From Octopus sinensis (lineage: Eukaryota): a DNA stretch of 64,000 bases. This document shows positions 37,741 to 51,123 of this stretch, piece after piece. A program made the position numbers and the translations under genes. The notes under the pieces were generated by a model. It was not told the DNA's origin and searched no databases. It was given only the letters and a program-made list of their open reading frames with translations. The stretch lies in the NCBI RefSeq assembly GCF_006345805.1, contig NC_043021.1, positions 12,090,001-12,154,000 of the forward strand. The letters run 5' to 3'. Within the stretch, counting starts at the first letter, position 1. Each line of letters starts with the position of its first letter.

Positions 37741-37952
37741 CTATTCGAGCTTCACGTTTGTGGTGGATGTATTGGCATGGCAAATAAAATCACTTTTGAG
37801 ACAACGATAGAAGAGGACAATGTTCATCACAGTGGTCGTGGTTAGGCCGATGTTTGCAAGGACATAAAAGAAAAACGGCACTTGGGTTTTGTTGATGACG
37901 ATCCACCGAGTCATCCAGCAGAGCGCTGCAATACGGAATATGATGAAGGTAC
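37741..37952 (-). CDS. TLCD2: TLC domain-containing protein (TLCD1/2-like), terminal coding exon
   Basis: Acceptor ctgtttcag; reads (G)TFIIFRIAALCWMTRWIVINKTQVPFFFYVLANIGLTTTTVMNIVLFYRCLKSDF...KLE*; the FR, MNIVLF and SDF motifs are typical of the TLCD1/2 C-terminus. Confidence 0.9.
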
Positions 37953-38039
37953 CTGAAACAGAAAAACAACAGCATGAAAATAAAATGACATTAACAAATA
38001 TGTTTTTTCCGTTTTTTTCTCTTTTTTTTTAACACTCCT

Positions 38040-38202
38040 GAGCGCAGGAGTGGCTGTGTGGTAAGTAGCTTGCTCACCAACCACATGGTTCCAGGTTCAG
38101 TCCCACTGCGGGGCACTTTGGGCAAGTGTCTTCCACTATAGCCTCGGGCTGACCAAAGTCTTGTGAGTGGATTTGGTAGACGGAAACTGAAAGAAACCCG
38201 TC

Positions 38203-38242
<40 letters not shown>

Positions 38243-38415
38243 ATGTATATGTTTGTGTGTCTGTGTTTGTCCCGCCAACATTGCATGACAACCGATGGTG
38301 GTGTGTTTACGTCCCCTGTAACTTAGTGGTTCGGCAAAAGAGACTGATAGAATAAAGTACTAGGCTTCCAAGGAATAAGTCCTGGGGTCGATTTGCTCGA
38401 CTAAAGGTGGTGCAG
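38040..38415 (+). mobile_element. Family B SINE (intronic in TLCD)
   Basis: Near-full copy truncated in the tail. Confidence 0.85.
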
Positions 38416-39052
38416 CCATCTGGTTTGCCAGCTTTTCTTTATCATTCAGCTAGTGTTAGGAATATAAATTGTTACTAAGGTTTGGTGGAAGATTTTAATT
38501 CAGAACTTTTGAGAACAAAACATTTGAACTACAGAGCCACAGTTGGTTCCAGCAGGGTTGATATAAAAAGGGTTAATGCCTTAACCATTTTGCTACCATA
38601 TTTCTGTTGAGATATTCTGTGTTTCTTTCAATTAATTTTCAATCTAACAAAGAATTTAGTAAAATAACGTAGTTTTCATTAAGCTGGTGTTAGCAACATA
38701 AATTGTGACTAAGGTTTGGTGGAAGATTTTAGTTCAAAGCTTATGAAAACAAGACATTTGTATGACAGAGCCAGAGGTGGTTAAGCCAGGTTGGTATCAG
38801 AAGGGTTAAATATGATGGTGATGTTAAGCTTTTTGTTACTATATTTCTGTTGAGATGCTTTGTGTTTCTTTCAATTAATTTTAAATATAATAAAGGAGTT
38901 AGTAAAATAACTTAGTTATCATTAAGCTTGTGCGAGGAACATAAATTGTACTAAGGTTTGGTGGAAGATTTTAATTCAAAACTTATGAAAACAAGACATT
39001 TGTGCTACAGAGCCAGAGCCGGTTTTAACTGGGTTGTTAATGAAAGGGTTAA
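38415..39052 (+). mobile_element. Tandem array of three TTAA-bounded MITEs (family H, piggyBac-like)
   Basis: Units of about 225 bp with TTAACC(C)TT...AAGGGTTAA termini; the first copy is partial. Confidence 0.75.
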
Positions 39053-39413
39053 ACACATGCACTGTGTATTTGGTCTTCATTTCAGCTTTATAACTAGTAG
39101 TTCACTCATGGGTGGCTCACTGCCAACCACTGTCATGGTGTTTGTACACAGCTCTGGATTAAACAGGAAATTTTATACTCACACAAGGAGAACACACCCA
39201 CAGGAAAGAGTTACAATAAAATTCTGTGGGTAGAAGGAGAGGTGGTGGTGGTGGTGGCAGCACTATCAGTAGTAGTAGTAGTGAAAACAGTGGTGGTGGT
39301 GATATTAGTAGTTGTAATGCAAACAGTGGTAGTGATGGTAGCAGTAGCTTTCATAATGAATGCAGTGAAGTTTGTATCAGTAGTGGGTTTAGGGTAGTGG
39401 TTGTGCCTGCATA

Positions 39414-39457
<44 letters not shown>

Positions 39458-40424
39458 GCAAAAATTTAGATTCCAATGAATATGGTACTAAATTTAGATG
39501 CACCAGAATTCTGTATGGTGTTATCCATAAAAATCCGTGGGGTGATTATAATCAAAATAAGCAACAAGAATGACTCTGGTAATTTGGTACGATCGTTTCG
39601 TACTACATCATTTTATTAAATGTTGTAAGTATTACAACAGTTTTAAAATGCTGAGTACTCATCAGCCAATCATAGAGGTCTTCCATTAATACAAAAATTT
39701 TCATATCAAGTGGCAATATTATAGAGAAGGTAGATACATAGACAAAGATGTGGATTTAAATTTTAAGAACATTTGAGGTAGTGGAGCTCATCAACTGACT
39801 GACTAAGATTCAGTTGTTCCGAACTACTTTAAGGTTCTGAGAATGAAGAACAAGTGTATATATATATATACATCCATATATGTATTACCTACACACAAAC
39901 ATACACACACTGATGCATTATTGTTGAGGGTATGTTGCTTGAAATATCTAAATTTTTGTTTTGCTTTTTTCTTAATCCTGCATGCCCCCCCCCCACACAC
40001 ACATTTGCTCTTCGTACATCTTGGTAATTCACTAACTACTACTTTGCTGGCAAATATACTTTCCCGACAAGATTTAATAACACTGAAACATTTCTAAAGT
40101 TGTCTCCCTTTACCAGCTGAATTGATAATAATGATATGTCATTGAAATAATTTCTTTTACTGCTTGCGTAATTATTCGCAACTAAAGGCAGTGCTCCAGC
40201 ATGGCCAAAGTCAAATGACTGAAACAGGTAAAAGAATAAAAGAATACAAACAACAGCAATGATGCTGATGATGAATATAGAACTTTGACAAAGAAACTAA
40301 AATGATGATAATAAAATGGAAGACCACATACATAGTTTGTGTGTGACCCTCCCCCCCAAATATAACAATAAGATAAATATACAATTTTACAATTATCTTG
40401 TTGTGTCTAGGGAGAGTCATTATG

Positions 40425-40822
40425 CTCTTTTACTTGTTTCAGTTATTTGGCTGTGGCCATGCTGGAGCGCCGCCTTAAGTTTAGCAAATCGACCCCAGGA
40501 CTTATTCTTTGTAAGCCTAGTACTTATTCTATCAATCTCTTTTGCCGAACCGCTAAGTTACGGGGATGTAAACACACCAGCATCGGTTGTCAAGCGATGT
40601 TGGGGGGACAAACATAGACACACAAACATATACACACACATACATATACATATATACGACGGGCTTCTTTCAGTTTCCGTCTACCAAATCCACTCACAAG
40701 GCTTTGGTCGGCCCGAGGCTATAGTAGAAGACACTTGCCCAAGGTGCCACGCAAGTGGGACTGAACCCGGAACCATGTGGTTCGTAATCAAGCTACTTAC
40801 CACACAGCCACTCCTATGCCTA
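40425..40822 (-). mobile_element. Family B SINE (intronic in TLCD)
   Basis: Full reverse-complement copy. Confidence 0.85.
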
Positions 40823-41052
40823 TAATTAACACACACACTGGTTCAATTTCACTCCTTTATTATTAGTCAATTGGTTGAATATCCAACTAATTAATTTGCT
40901 TTATTTATGTTTGTCAAATCTCTTTCATTGCTAATTACAATCTCTTCAAGGACTACGGACTTTGTTGAATAATCTGCATAAAATTACATTATTTGTTTTG
41001 AAAATGCAAAACTATGCTTTGGAAGGAAATTATTTTGTTTTGAGACACTTAC

Positions 41053-41224
41053 CTAAATTAAGAAGGCTGGTAAGTCTGTATAATGATGACTTTTTATCAA
41101 CTTTATGTATTCTCAGTAACTGGCGGAAGTGAAGAAAGATGGAGTTGACCTCAACTAGAAGCGCCACAAGCATGTAGCCGACGCTTTTGTATGTTAGAAC
41201 AGGGAATGAGAAAGCAATTAGAAT
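41053..41224 (-). CDS. TLCD2: TLCD1/2-like internal exon
   Basis: ttttcag acceptor, gtaagt donor; ILIAFSFPVLTYKSVGYMLVALLVEVNSIFLHFRQLLRIHKVDKKSSLYRLTSLLNL(G) contains the TLC motif LLVEVNSIFLH; 172 nt, phase 0 to 1. Confidence 0.92.
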
Positions 41225-41309
41225 CTGAAAAAGAAATAAAGAAATAATTTTAAATGATAGGTATAAGCTGTGCTTGAGGAGACTTATTGAATCAAGTACA
41301 TTAACATAA

Positions 41310-41607
41310 AAAATCAAATGGAAATTGTAGTTGTGATACTTGTGCTGGTGGCACGTAAAAAGCACCATTCGAATGTGGCTGATGCCAGCGTTGCCTTGAC
41401 TGGCTTCCATGCCGGTGGCACGTAAAAAGCACCCACTACACTCACGGAGTGGTTGGCGTTAGGAAGGGCATCCAGCTGTAGAAACACTGCCAGATCAAGA
41501 TTAGAGCCTGGTGCAGCCTCCTGGCTTCCCAGACCCCGGTCGAACCATCCAACCCATGCCAGCATGGAAAATGGATGTTAAATGATGATGATGATGATGA
41601 TGATGAT
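41310..41607 (+). mobile_element. RTE 3'-end fragment (family D)
   Basis: Matches the RTE 3' UTR and (GAT)n tail. Confidence 0.8.
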
Positions 41608-42124
41608 GTATAAGCAAGATTGTACAGTTAAGAATTTTGCTTTGCAACTGCACAGTTTCAGACAAATTCCCTAGGTTGAATAATGTCTTCTGGCAAAGAC
41701 AAAATCTACAGGAGTCAGTTGTGTGTGTATGTACATGCGTGTGTGTGTATGTGTGTTATATTTGCATCATCTTATTGGATAATAATCAGTTCACACTCAG
41801 CCTGATTGTTCTGGTTTACATTCATTCATGCATTCGTCTTTTCAGGCCAGACAATGACTTACATGGAATTTCCATTTCAGGTCACTCTGGCCTTCATTGT
41901 GTTGCCATGCATTTATAAGTAGTAGTTCGAATTTGATTGTGGGTGAAATTCTCCATGGTGCAAACTGTGAGAGCACATCCTGTGTATGACTTTATAAAAC
42001 ACAAAATGAGTCGAGAAATGGAACAATAGTGCGACATCTGTTTGTCACTGGATTTAAGTCATAGAAGCTTTGACAACATTTGGCCAGTCTCTCAGTTGCT
42101 ATAAGTAGGTTCCAACGACAAGTA

Positions 42125-42790
42125 TTTATTTCTTTATTGCCCACAGGGAGCTAAACATAGAGGGGACAAACAAGGACAGACAAAGTGATTAAGTCGCTTA
42201 CATCGACCCCAGTGCGTAACAGGTACTTAATTTATCGACCCCAAAAGGATGAAAGGCAAAGTCGACCTCGGCGGAATTTGAACTCAGAATGTAACGGTAG
42301 ATGAAATACCTATTTCTTTACTACCCACAAGAGGCTAAACACAGAGAGGACAAACAAGGACAGACAAACAGATTAAGCCGATTACATTGACCCCAGTGTG
42401 TAACTTGTACTTATTTAATCGATCTCAAAAAGATGAAAGGCAAAGTGGACCTCGGCGGAATTTGAACTCAGAACGTAGCAGCAGACGAAATGCCGCTAAG
42501 CATTTCGTCCGGCGTGCTAACGTTTCTGCCAGCTCGCCGCCTTAAACGAAATACCTATTTCTTTACTACCCACAAGGGGCTAAACACAGAGGGGACAAAC
42601 AAGGACAGACAAAGTGATTAAGTTGCTTACATCGACCCCAGTGCGTAACTGGTACTTAATTTATCGACCCCGAAAGGACGAAAGGCAAAGTTGACCTCGG
42701 CAGAATTTGAACTCGGAACGTAATGGCAGATGAAATACTACTAAGCATTTCGCCCAGCATGCTAACGTTTCTGCCAGCTCGCCGCCTTTC
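42125..42790 (-). mobile_element. Family A (tail A1) SINE tandem array
   Basis: Three core-plus-tail units joined at GAAATACCTATTTCTTTACTACCC junctions. Confidence 0.85.
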
Positions 42791-42879
42791 CAACGACAAA
42801 TATTGCATGATGACTTGCACAGATGTCAGATTAACTTTCTTTTCTAGAAAAACTGCCTTCTTTATGGCTTTACTCTCTC

Positions 42880-43240
42880 TTTTACTTGTTTCAGTCATTT
42901 GACTGCGGCCATGCTGGAGCACTGCCTTTAATCGAACAGCTTGACTCTGGGACTTATTCTATTGGTCTCTTTTGCCGAACCGCTAAGTAACGGGGACACA
43001 AACACACCAGCATCGGTTGTCAAGCAATGCTTGGGGGACAAACACAAACACACAAATGCATATATATATACATATATATAACGGGTTTCTTTCAGTTTCC
43101 GTCTACCAAATCCACTCACAAGGCTTTGGTTGGCCCGAGGCTATAGTAGAAGACACTTGCCCAAGGTGCCACGCAGTGGGACTGAACTCGGAACCATGTG
43201 GTTGGTAAATAAGCTACTTACCACACAGCCACTCCTGTGC
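42880..43240 (-). mobile_element. Family B SINE
   Basis: Reverse-complement copy. Confidence 0.85.
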
Positions 43241-43936
43241 CTTTATCTTAGTTGAAAGATAAAGAAAACTATCCTCTATCTTTGGGAAATCTATTTAACA
43301 GGAACTACCATTCTAGGCTAGAAAAGACCTGAGAGCAATGGGAATTAAGGGGATATTCCACGCCCCCCACACCTCCAGAACTTCCAAACTGGAACCTCAC
43401 CACCAGATGCAGTTTAATGTCATACCCAGGATGTGCGCTCGCAGCTTGCACCATGGAGATTTCACTCACAATCAAATTCAAACTACTGCAAACAGAGAAG
43501 ATGGCCTTGAAGTTGAAGATTTTAAACTAATGGAGACAACACTTGTGTATATATCACCTGAGGAAACACAACTAGACCTCATTATGCAAACAAACAGTTG
43601 CATAATGAAACACCTGTATTCTTGGAGAACCATGTTGTGTTGAAACAACTGTAGCGAATAATAAACAAATGTCCAAGCGAACACCCTCTTCCCAACTCCA
43701 ATTTCTTCAATTATATATTTGTATATATATATATATATTCAATGAATCTGTATATATATATATATCATCATCATCATCATCATCATCATTTAGCGTCCGC
43801 TTTCCATGCTAGCATGGGTTGGATGGTTCAACTGGGGACTGCGAATCCGGAAGGCTGCATCAGGCCCAGTCTGATCTGGCAGTGTTTCTATGGCTGGATG
43901 CCCTTCCTAACGCCAACCACTCCGTGAGTGTATATA

Positions 43937-43972
<36 letters not shown>

Positions 43973-43974
<2 letters not shown>

Positions 43975-44135
43975 GAATTCACAAAAAAAAAAAAGCAACA
44001 AAAGATGAAGACAGGTAGTGTACACAACAAACAGATGTATTAGTTTAATGCTCAGGAAGTAAAAAATCTTTAATGTTTTGAGCCTACGCTCTTCCTCAGA
44101 AAGGAACACAGAAAGAAACAAGGAGAGAAAAAATA
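43973..44135 (-). mobile_element. Family P unit with degenerate hammerhead
   Basis: Minus strand CTTT-CTGAGGA-A-GAGCGTAGGCTC-AAAA-CA-TT-AAAG (44068-44103); adjoins (TA)n. Confidence 0.7.
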
Positions 44136-44820
44136 TAAATATACAGGAGAGTGAGTGAGAGAATGTATCATTTTGTCTTGATAGTTGTAAATGAGCATTG
44201 CTGTACTACAAGCAGTGTCATTCGCTTCTAATTTTTTGTGTAAACAAGTCTGGCTATTGGGGAAGTATTAGCTTGCTTGGAAACAGGTAGAGAACTAGTG
44301 ACAAGAAGGGCAACTAACTGTAAAAAAGTTGCCTCTAACTAACTCCACCCAACCTGTGTGAGCTTGGGAAAATAGACATTAAAACAATATGAATGTATGC
44401 AGGCACAAGTGTAGCACGCTTGGTCGTGAAAACAAAGAGCTGGGGTTTGAGTTCAACGTGTACGGGGAGGGGGGGACAACCTACTTTTTTTTCTGTCAAG
44501 GGCTTATGTACCCAGTTATAAGACTATTTTCTGAAGTCATTGCATGGTAATCACTTATAAGCTTTAAGCATATAAAAATTCTATTATATATATATATATA
44601 TATATACACACACATACATATAATAGATCACAATTAAGTGAATTCAAGTGAATCGGGCACTTAAATAGTAAGGCAATGTGTGAATTGACACATTGTCATT
44701 TATTCATATATAAACACATACACACACACACACACCACAAACACACACATATAAATATATATATAAACATACATATATATAAAAACATATATATAAACAT
44801 ACATACATACATATACATAA

Positions 44821-44878
<58 letters not shown>

Positions 44879-45026
44879 ATAAAAACATATACATATATAT
44901 ATATAAAAACATATACATATATATATATAAAAACATATACATACATACATATATATATACATGTGTGTGTGTGTGTGTATATATATATGCATGTGCATGT
45001 GTGTATGTATGTATATATATGTATAT

Positions 45027-45215
45027 AGTGAGAATTTACAAAAAAAAACAAAAAAAACGAAGACGGTGTGTAAACAACAAACAGATGTATTAGTTTAATG
45101 CTCGGGAAGAGAGAAAGTCTTTTATATTTCGAGCCGATGCTCTTCAACAGAGAAAAGAACACAGAAATAAACAGGGAGAGAAAATAGGAAAAAGGTTTAG
45201 TGGCTAGCGATCTAT
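45027..45215 (-). mobile_element. Family P unit with degenerate hammerhead
   Basis: Minus strand CTGTTGA-A-GAGCATCGGCTC-GAAA-TA-TA-AAAG (45119-45154); adjoins a TA-rich tract. Confidence 0.7.
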
Positions 45216-45339
45216 CATGTGTGTTTGTATGTGATGTAATAAATGAAATGGTAGTAACAAGGTTCAAATCTTTTCAATGCCACTAGCATAAATCAAACAG
45301 CATTTTATTTTTTTTTTCCGGTGATATTAAATTACTTAC

Positions 45340-45422
45340 CACAACATGATGGATTAAAAGCTCTAAAGATTTTCGGGACCAGTCATATACGACCATATCT
45401 ACAATATCATGGAGGAAGTAAC
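45340..45422 (-). CDS. TLCD2: TLCD1/2-like internal exon
   Basis: ttcttcag acceptor, gtaagt donor; (G)YFLHDIVDMVVYDWSRKSLELLIHHVV contains the TLC motifs GYF..D and L..HH; 83 nt, phase 1 to 0. Confidence 0.92.
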
Positions 45423-45678
45423 CTGAAGAAGAAAACAAAGAAAGCAAAAATTTTTTTTAAATTGTAAGAATTCTCAATTTGGCAGAAATAAAATATTACA
45501 CTAAAACTAGTTCAAAATAGCTTTCGACAGAAAAAAAAAAGCATGTTTTCCTGTACACATGGGACTTGAACCCACACCTCTTTGTTGTCCTGGAGAATAG
45601 TTTTGTCACGTATTCACATCCCACAGTGGCTGACTTAACTATTTATCCTCTCCAGTGTTGATAAATATACATACATAC

Positions 45679-45748
<70 letters not shown>

Positions 45749-45759
45749 AAAGAGATAGA

Positions 45760-46200
45760 TTCTTTTATTCTTTTATTTGTTTCAGTCATTTGACTGCAGC
45801 CATGCTGGAGCACCGCCTTTAGTTGAGCAAATCGACCCTAAGACTTATTCTTTGTAAGCCTAGTACTTATTCTATCAGTCTCTCTTGCTAAACTGCTAAG
45901 TGACGGGGACGTAAACACACCAGCATTGGTTGTCAAGCAATGCTGGGGGAACAAGCACAGACACACAAACATATACATACACATATATATATATATATAT
46001 ATATACAACGGGCTTCTTTCAGTTTCCGTCTATCAAATTCACTCACAAGGCTTTGGTCAGCCCGAGGCTATAGTAGAAGACACTTGCCCAGGGTGCCATG
46101 CAGTTATGTTCTGAGTTCAAATTCCGCTGAGGTTGACTTCGCCTTTCATCCTTTCAGGGTTGATAAATTAAGTACCAGTTACGCATGTAATCGACATAAT
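45760..46200 (-). mobile_element. Family B SINE (minus) joined to a plus-strand family A fragment
   Basis: B reverse complement runs to about 46105, then GTTCTGAGTTCAAATTCCG...AGTACCAG. Confidence 0.75.
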
Positions 46201-47402
46201 CCCTTTGTCTGTATATATAACATAATGCAAACGTGTAGCTTTTTTGTGCATTTTGTTTGCAGAAAATAAAGAAATAACAGTAATAACGTTTAATAAATGT
46301 TGCTTATTGCAAATTATGGATGATTCTTTTATGATTTCATTGCTTTCAGGCTTAGCTTAAAGGTATTTCCATGCCCAACATCACAAAATGTGTCTGAATA
46401 TACATTGCCGGACAGCAAATAGAGACTCGGACATTGCTTAGAAAATATTTTTCATTTTTAACCTCGTATATAGTATGCACTAGGGATTTTGATCTTTAAA
46501 TTTTGGGAAAAAAGTGCAGATTATACTCAAGGATTTACGGTATTTATTTCTTTGTTGCAGTTATTAGGCTGTTCAACAGTCAGTTTCTTCAATTATAAGT
46601 TTATTTATCATCTACATCTTACATAACTACACCGACCTATTTACAATCTACACATTTCAAAATGGCAGCTTCTCATTGGTTCTATCTGGACTTTGAATTT
46701 TCAGCCTGTTTCTTAGGGCTTCAGCTGATTTCTGCTTCAAAACAACCAGGACGAGATCAGTCTATTGGTGTCAGATGTCAGTTTCTAACTAAAACATTGT
46801 TCTCTCCCCCTCCACCCCCACTCCACCCTTAGTCATACTTTTATCATAGTACAGATTTCATTACTTATATGCTTGAGTTTGACTGAAATACTGTTACGTT
46901 TACAAGATATCAAAACATGCCAAAAACCCAAGATATCAGTTTAGGATTGTTTAAACAATGTCTTTTTTTTTCAACAGACACAACAACTGCTATGAAAAAT
47001 TTTGTCCAAAAGTAAATGACATTTGAGACTTTTTTCATTTTCTTTGTGAGTACACTAGTGTGTACACCATTCTTTTGCAAAACATAGCAATTGTTAACAA
47101 CCAATCAAAATTGACTGCGCTACAAAGATACACAGTGTTCCATTAAGACAATAACAGCTATCATCATTGGTTTATTTTTTAAAAATTTTATTTGTTTCAG
47201 TCATTTGACTGTGGCCATGCTGGAGCACCGCCTTTAGTCGAGCAAATTGACCCCAGGACTTATTCTTTGTAAGCCTAGTACTTATTCTGTTGGACTCTTT
47301 TGCCAAACTGCTAAGTTATGGAGACGTAAACACACCAGCATCGGTTGTCAAGCAATGTTGGGGAGGGGACACAAACACAAAAACATATACACATACATAC
47401 AC

Positions 47403-47434
<32 letters not shown>

Positions 47435-48637
47435 CATATACACACAAGTGCATATGTATGTCAGCTGACCACACTTGGCTGAATTTGTCAGATATGATTC
47501 TTTTCTACTCTAGGCCCAAGGCCCGAAATTTTGTGAGAGGAGGCCAGTCGATTAGTTTGACCCCAGTACACAACTGGTACATAATTTAACAACCCCCCAA
47601 AAGATGAAAGACAGAGTTAACCTCGGCAGAATTTGAGCTCAGAATGTAAAGACAGGTAAAAAGTCAGATATGATTGAAATATGTCTGGAGTTGTCATTGA
47701 TGGACAAAGCCAAGCTATTCTTGCATATTACCCTTAAATTTTAGGATAATTGAAATTGCATGAACTTTCCCTGTCTGAAAGTAATTTTCATTAACGTTAA
47801 TGAAGTTTCTTCTCATTAAGTTTACAATTAAAATTGATTAAAATCTATTCTTAGTTCATCACATTAAATGTACTATGCATACTTATATACAAACACATAT
47901 ATCTATATAAACACACACACTTCATTTACATGTATATACCTACACATCGAAATATATATACATATAAGCATAATATATATACACAAATACATAGTTAAAT
48001 CGGTGGACAGAGATTTAGGTATGTATAACATGTGTATGTATATATGTATGTGTGAATGTGTGCATGTGTGTGTGTATATATTCTCTTGTTTCAAACTGGA
48101 ACACCACCTTAATAATACTTTACATTGTAACTGCAGTGGATTTGACTCTAGAAGTTAAAATATATTTGTGACATATTTTAACTTCTAAAGAAAAATTCAA
48201 TGAAGTTACTTTAGAGAAAAAAATTTCACTTATGGTAAAAGGTGTAAAGGCACATTTGCTAAGTGTCTTTCCCCCAGCACACTCTCAGATGCATTTCTGG
48301 CTCCTTAACCCTCCTCAGTAGCAGATACCAAAGAGAGATAACCCTGGACAGATTCTGATGATAGATTTCGTTATCCTACAACAGTCAACATCAGTGACTG
48401 AGTTGCGCTTGCAAACTGCCCGGTCAAAATAAATGCAGTAGAATCAACACTAAGCAGTGATGAAGAACAAACCAACTTTACATGGTAACTGCAGTGAATT
48501 TGACTTTAGAAGTTAAACTATGCACAAACATATTTTAACAAACCTAAAATTTGTTTGTTCCTATTCACAGCTTAGCACTGATATCACTACTATTATTTCT
48601 ACTACTACAACTCACACACACACACATATATGACAAA

Positions 48638-49019
48638 GACGGAGGCGCAATGGCCCCGTAGTTAGGGCAGCGGACTCGCGGTCGTAGGATCGCGGTTTCG
48701 ATTCCCAGATCGGGCGTTGTGAGTGTTTATTGAGTGAAAACACCTAAAGCTCCACGAGGCTCCGGCAGGGATGGTGGTCATCCCTGCTGTACTCTTTCAT
48801 CATAACTTTCTCTCACTCTTACTTCCTGTTTCTGTTGTACCTGTATTTCAAAGGGCCGGCCTTGTCACTCTCTGTGTCACGCTGAATATCCCCGAGAACT
48901 ACGTTAAGGGTACATGTGTCTGTGGAGTGCTCAGCCACTTACACGTTAATTTCACGAGCAGGTTGTTCCGTTGATCGGATCAACCGGAACCCTCGTCGTC
49001 GTAACCGACGGAGTGCTTC
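48638..49019 (+). mobile_element. Full-length tRNA-derived SINE, family C2, with 13-bp TSD
   Basis: tRNA-like head shared with family C; TSD CATATATGACAAA at 48625-48637 and 49020-49032. Confidence 0.9.
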
Positions 49020-49034
49020 CATATATGACAAAAC

Positions 49035-49990
49035 AGGAAATTGGAAACTTTTTGCTATTATTTATTCACCATTGTACATGTTTCACTAAAGCCCAACAAT
49101 AGTTTCATATGTTGAAAAAACTCAAACATATTTTTCAAGCGCAAACCACATAGGGACTTCCGGACAAACACTTTCCACCCATTCATAGATACAGGAAAAT
49201 ATTTAATAGGTGTTCTGTGAAATTATCATATAGCTGCTGCCCCAATATGAAGAGTATCATTACACATGGTGAATACTGAGAGCCTAAATTCAGTTGCAAC
49301 TATCACGACCCAGGATCCTGTCCACTTGACTAACAATGTATGACTAAATCTATCTTGTATGAGGCAGAAGTTACTTATTTCTTTACTGCCCACAAGGGGC
49401 TACAAACAGAGGGGACAGACAAGGACAGGCAAACAGATTAAGTCGATTATATCGACCCCACTGCATAACTGGTGCTTATTTAATTGACCCCGAAAGGATG
49501 AAAGGCAAAGTCGACCTCGGCGGAATTTGAACTCAGAACGTAGCGGCAGATGAAATACCATTAAGCATTTCGCCCAGTGTGCTAACGTTTCTGCCAGTTT
49601 GCCACCTTTGGTTACAGAAGTTACTATAACCTTAAATAATAATACACCTGATAAAAAGACCTATACTGGATTATGTGAAGGTGAATTTATAAATTACTAT
49701 GCCAATCACATAGCCTCCTTCTGTCATAGGGACAAAAGTAAACCTACAAAGCTGGTTAGCTATGTAACAAAACATTGCATGTGATTAAATGGAAAGTAAC
49801 TGAGAAATCCATACCTTATGCAAATAGACCAAATAAATGTAGACTTTGTTTGGCTGAAAGAGCACAGATCCTGTTCAGATCTAAGATCCTTAACTCTCTA
49901 TTGAACACCAGGTCAGAAATTTTCAGTGGTTGCATCCATATGTATAAATATATTGTGAAGAATTGGAAAATTCCACCTATACCTGACTGA
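49035..49990 (+). mobile_element. Decayed Penelope-like element (RT end, linker and GIY-YIG), interrupted by a family A SINE
   Basis: Translations HFPPIHRYRKIFNRCSVKLSYSCCPNMKSII, KKTYTGLCEGEF..YANH, and KCRLCLAERAQILF..LLNTRSEIFSGCIH; SINE at about 49376-49605 (minus) with CAGAAGTTACT repeated on both sides. Confidence 0.8.
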
Positions 49991-50489
49991 CTTGATATCT
50001 TACCAGCTTTATCATTTAAGGTCTAAGGAGGATAGCTCTTTTTACTTTTCATTTTTTACACTTTAGTTTCTGTTTTTCACTTTCTCAATTTTTTCATGTT
50101 TCTTCTATTATTCAATTCCTTTAGTTCGTTATGGTATGTAGCTTGTGCCTGAAGAATATGCTTCAGTTCTCTCAACAATTTTGATAAAAATGGAGAAGAG
50201 AAAGTGTTATAATATATAAGAGAATTTTAATTCATGCAGATGATTGTTTCGTACAGCGATTTAAAAATCAAGCAAATTCATTGTTGAATAGAATTAATTA
50301 AATTAATTATTTATATTATTAAATGATTGAATGCCACGCATCCTCTTCCAAGTAAGTTTTAGCTTAATAATTCTCTACACAATCTATATATGAAGAGTAA
50401 TAGATTTTATTGGGTACAACACATGTTTTGACACATTCTCATATTCTATCTATACATTTTGTAGAATTTCTCCATTATATATATATATA

Positions 50490-50890
50490 TAGGCGCAGGA
50501 GTGGCTGTGTGGTAAGTAGCTTGCTTACCAACCACATGGTTCCGGGTTCAGTCCCACTGCGTGGCATCTTGGGCAAGTGTCTTCTGCTATAGCCCCGGGC
50601 CGACCAATGCCTTGTGAGTGGATTTGGTAGATGGAAACTGAAAGAAGCCTGTCGTATATATATATATGTATGTATGTGTATGTCTGTGTTTGTCCCCCTA
50701 GCATTGCTTGACAACCGATGCTGGTGTGTTTACGTCCCCGTCACTTAGCGGTTCGGCAAAAAGAGATCGATAGAATAAGTACTGGGCTTACAAAAGAATA
50801 AGTCCCGGGGTCGATTTGCTCGACTAAAGGCGGTGCTCCAGCATGGCCACAGTCAAATGACTGAAACAAGTAAAAGAATAAAAGAAAAAG
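50490..50890 (+). mobile_element. Young family B SINE
   Basis: Full copy sharing diagnostic bases with 53123-53528. Confidence 0.9.
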
Positions 50891-51070
50891 AAAGAATAAT
50901 ATATATATAAATTCAGGGTGAATACTTGATAAATGTAAGCACCTGTATATGCCAGCTAGTAGCATAGGTGAGAGGAAATATGTATCAAATGAAATAAAAT
51001 GAAATGCATCCTTTGTGTCCTGTTTTGCATTTTATTTCATTTGATATATATATATATATATATATAATAT

Positions 51071-51117
<47 letters not shown>

Positions 51118-51123
51118 TATATA

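Noticed and set aside
43440-43684. Overlapping ORFs on both strands in a TLCD intron
   Set aside because: No recognisable domain, adjoins a repeat fragment, and does not fit the TLCD exon phases
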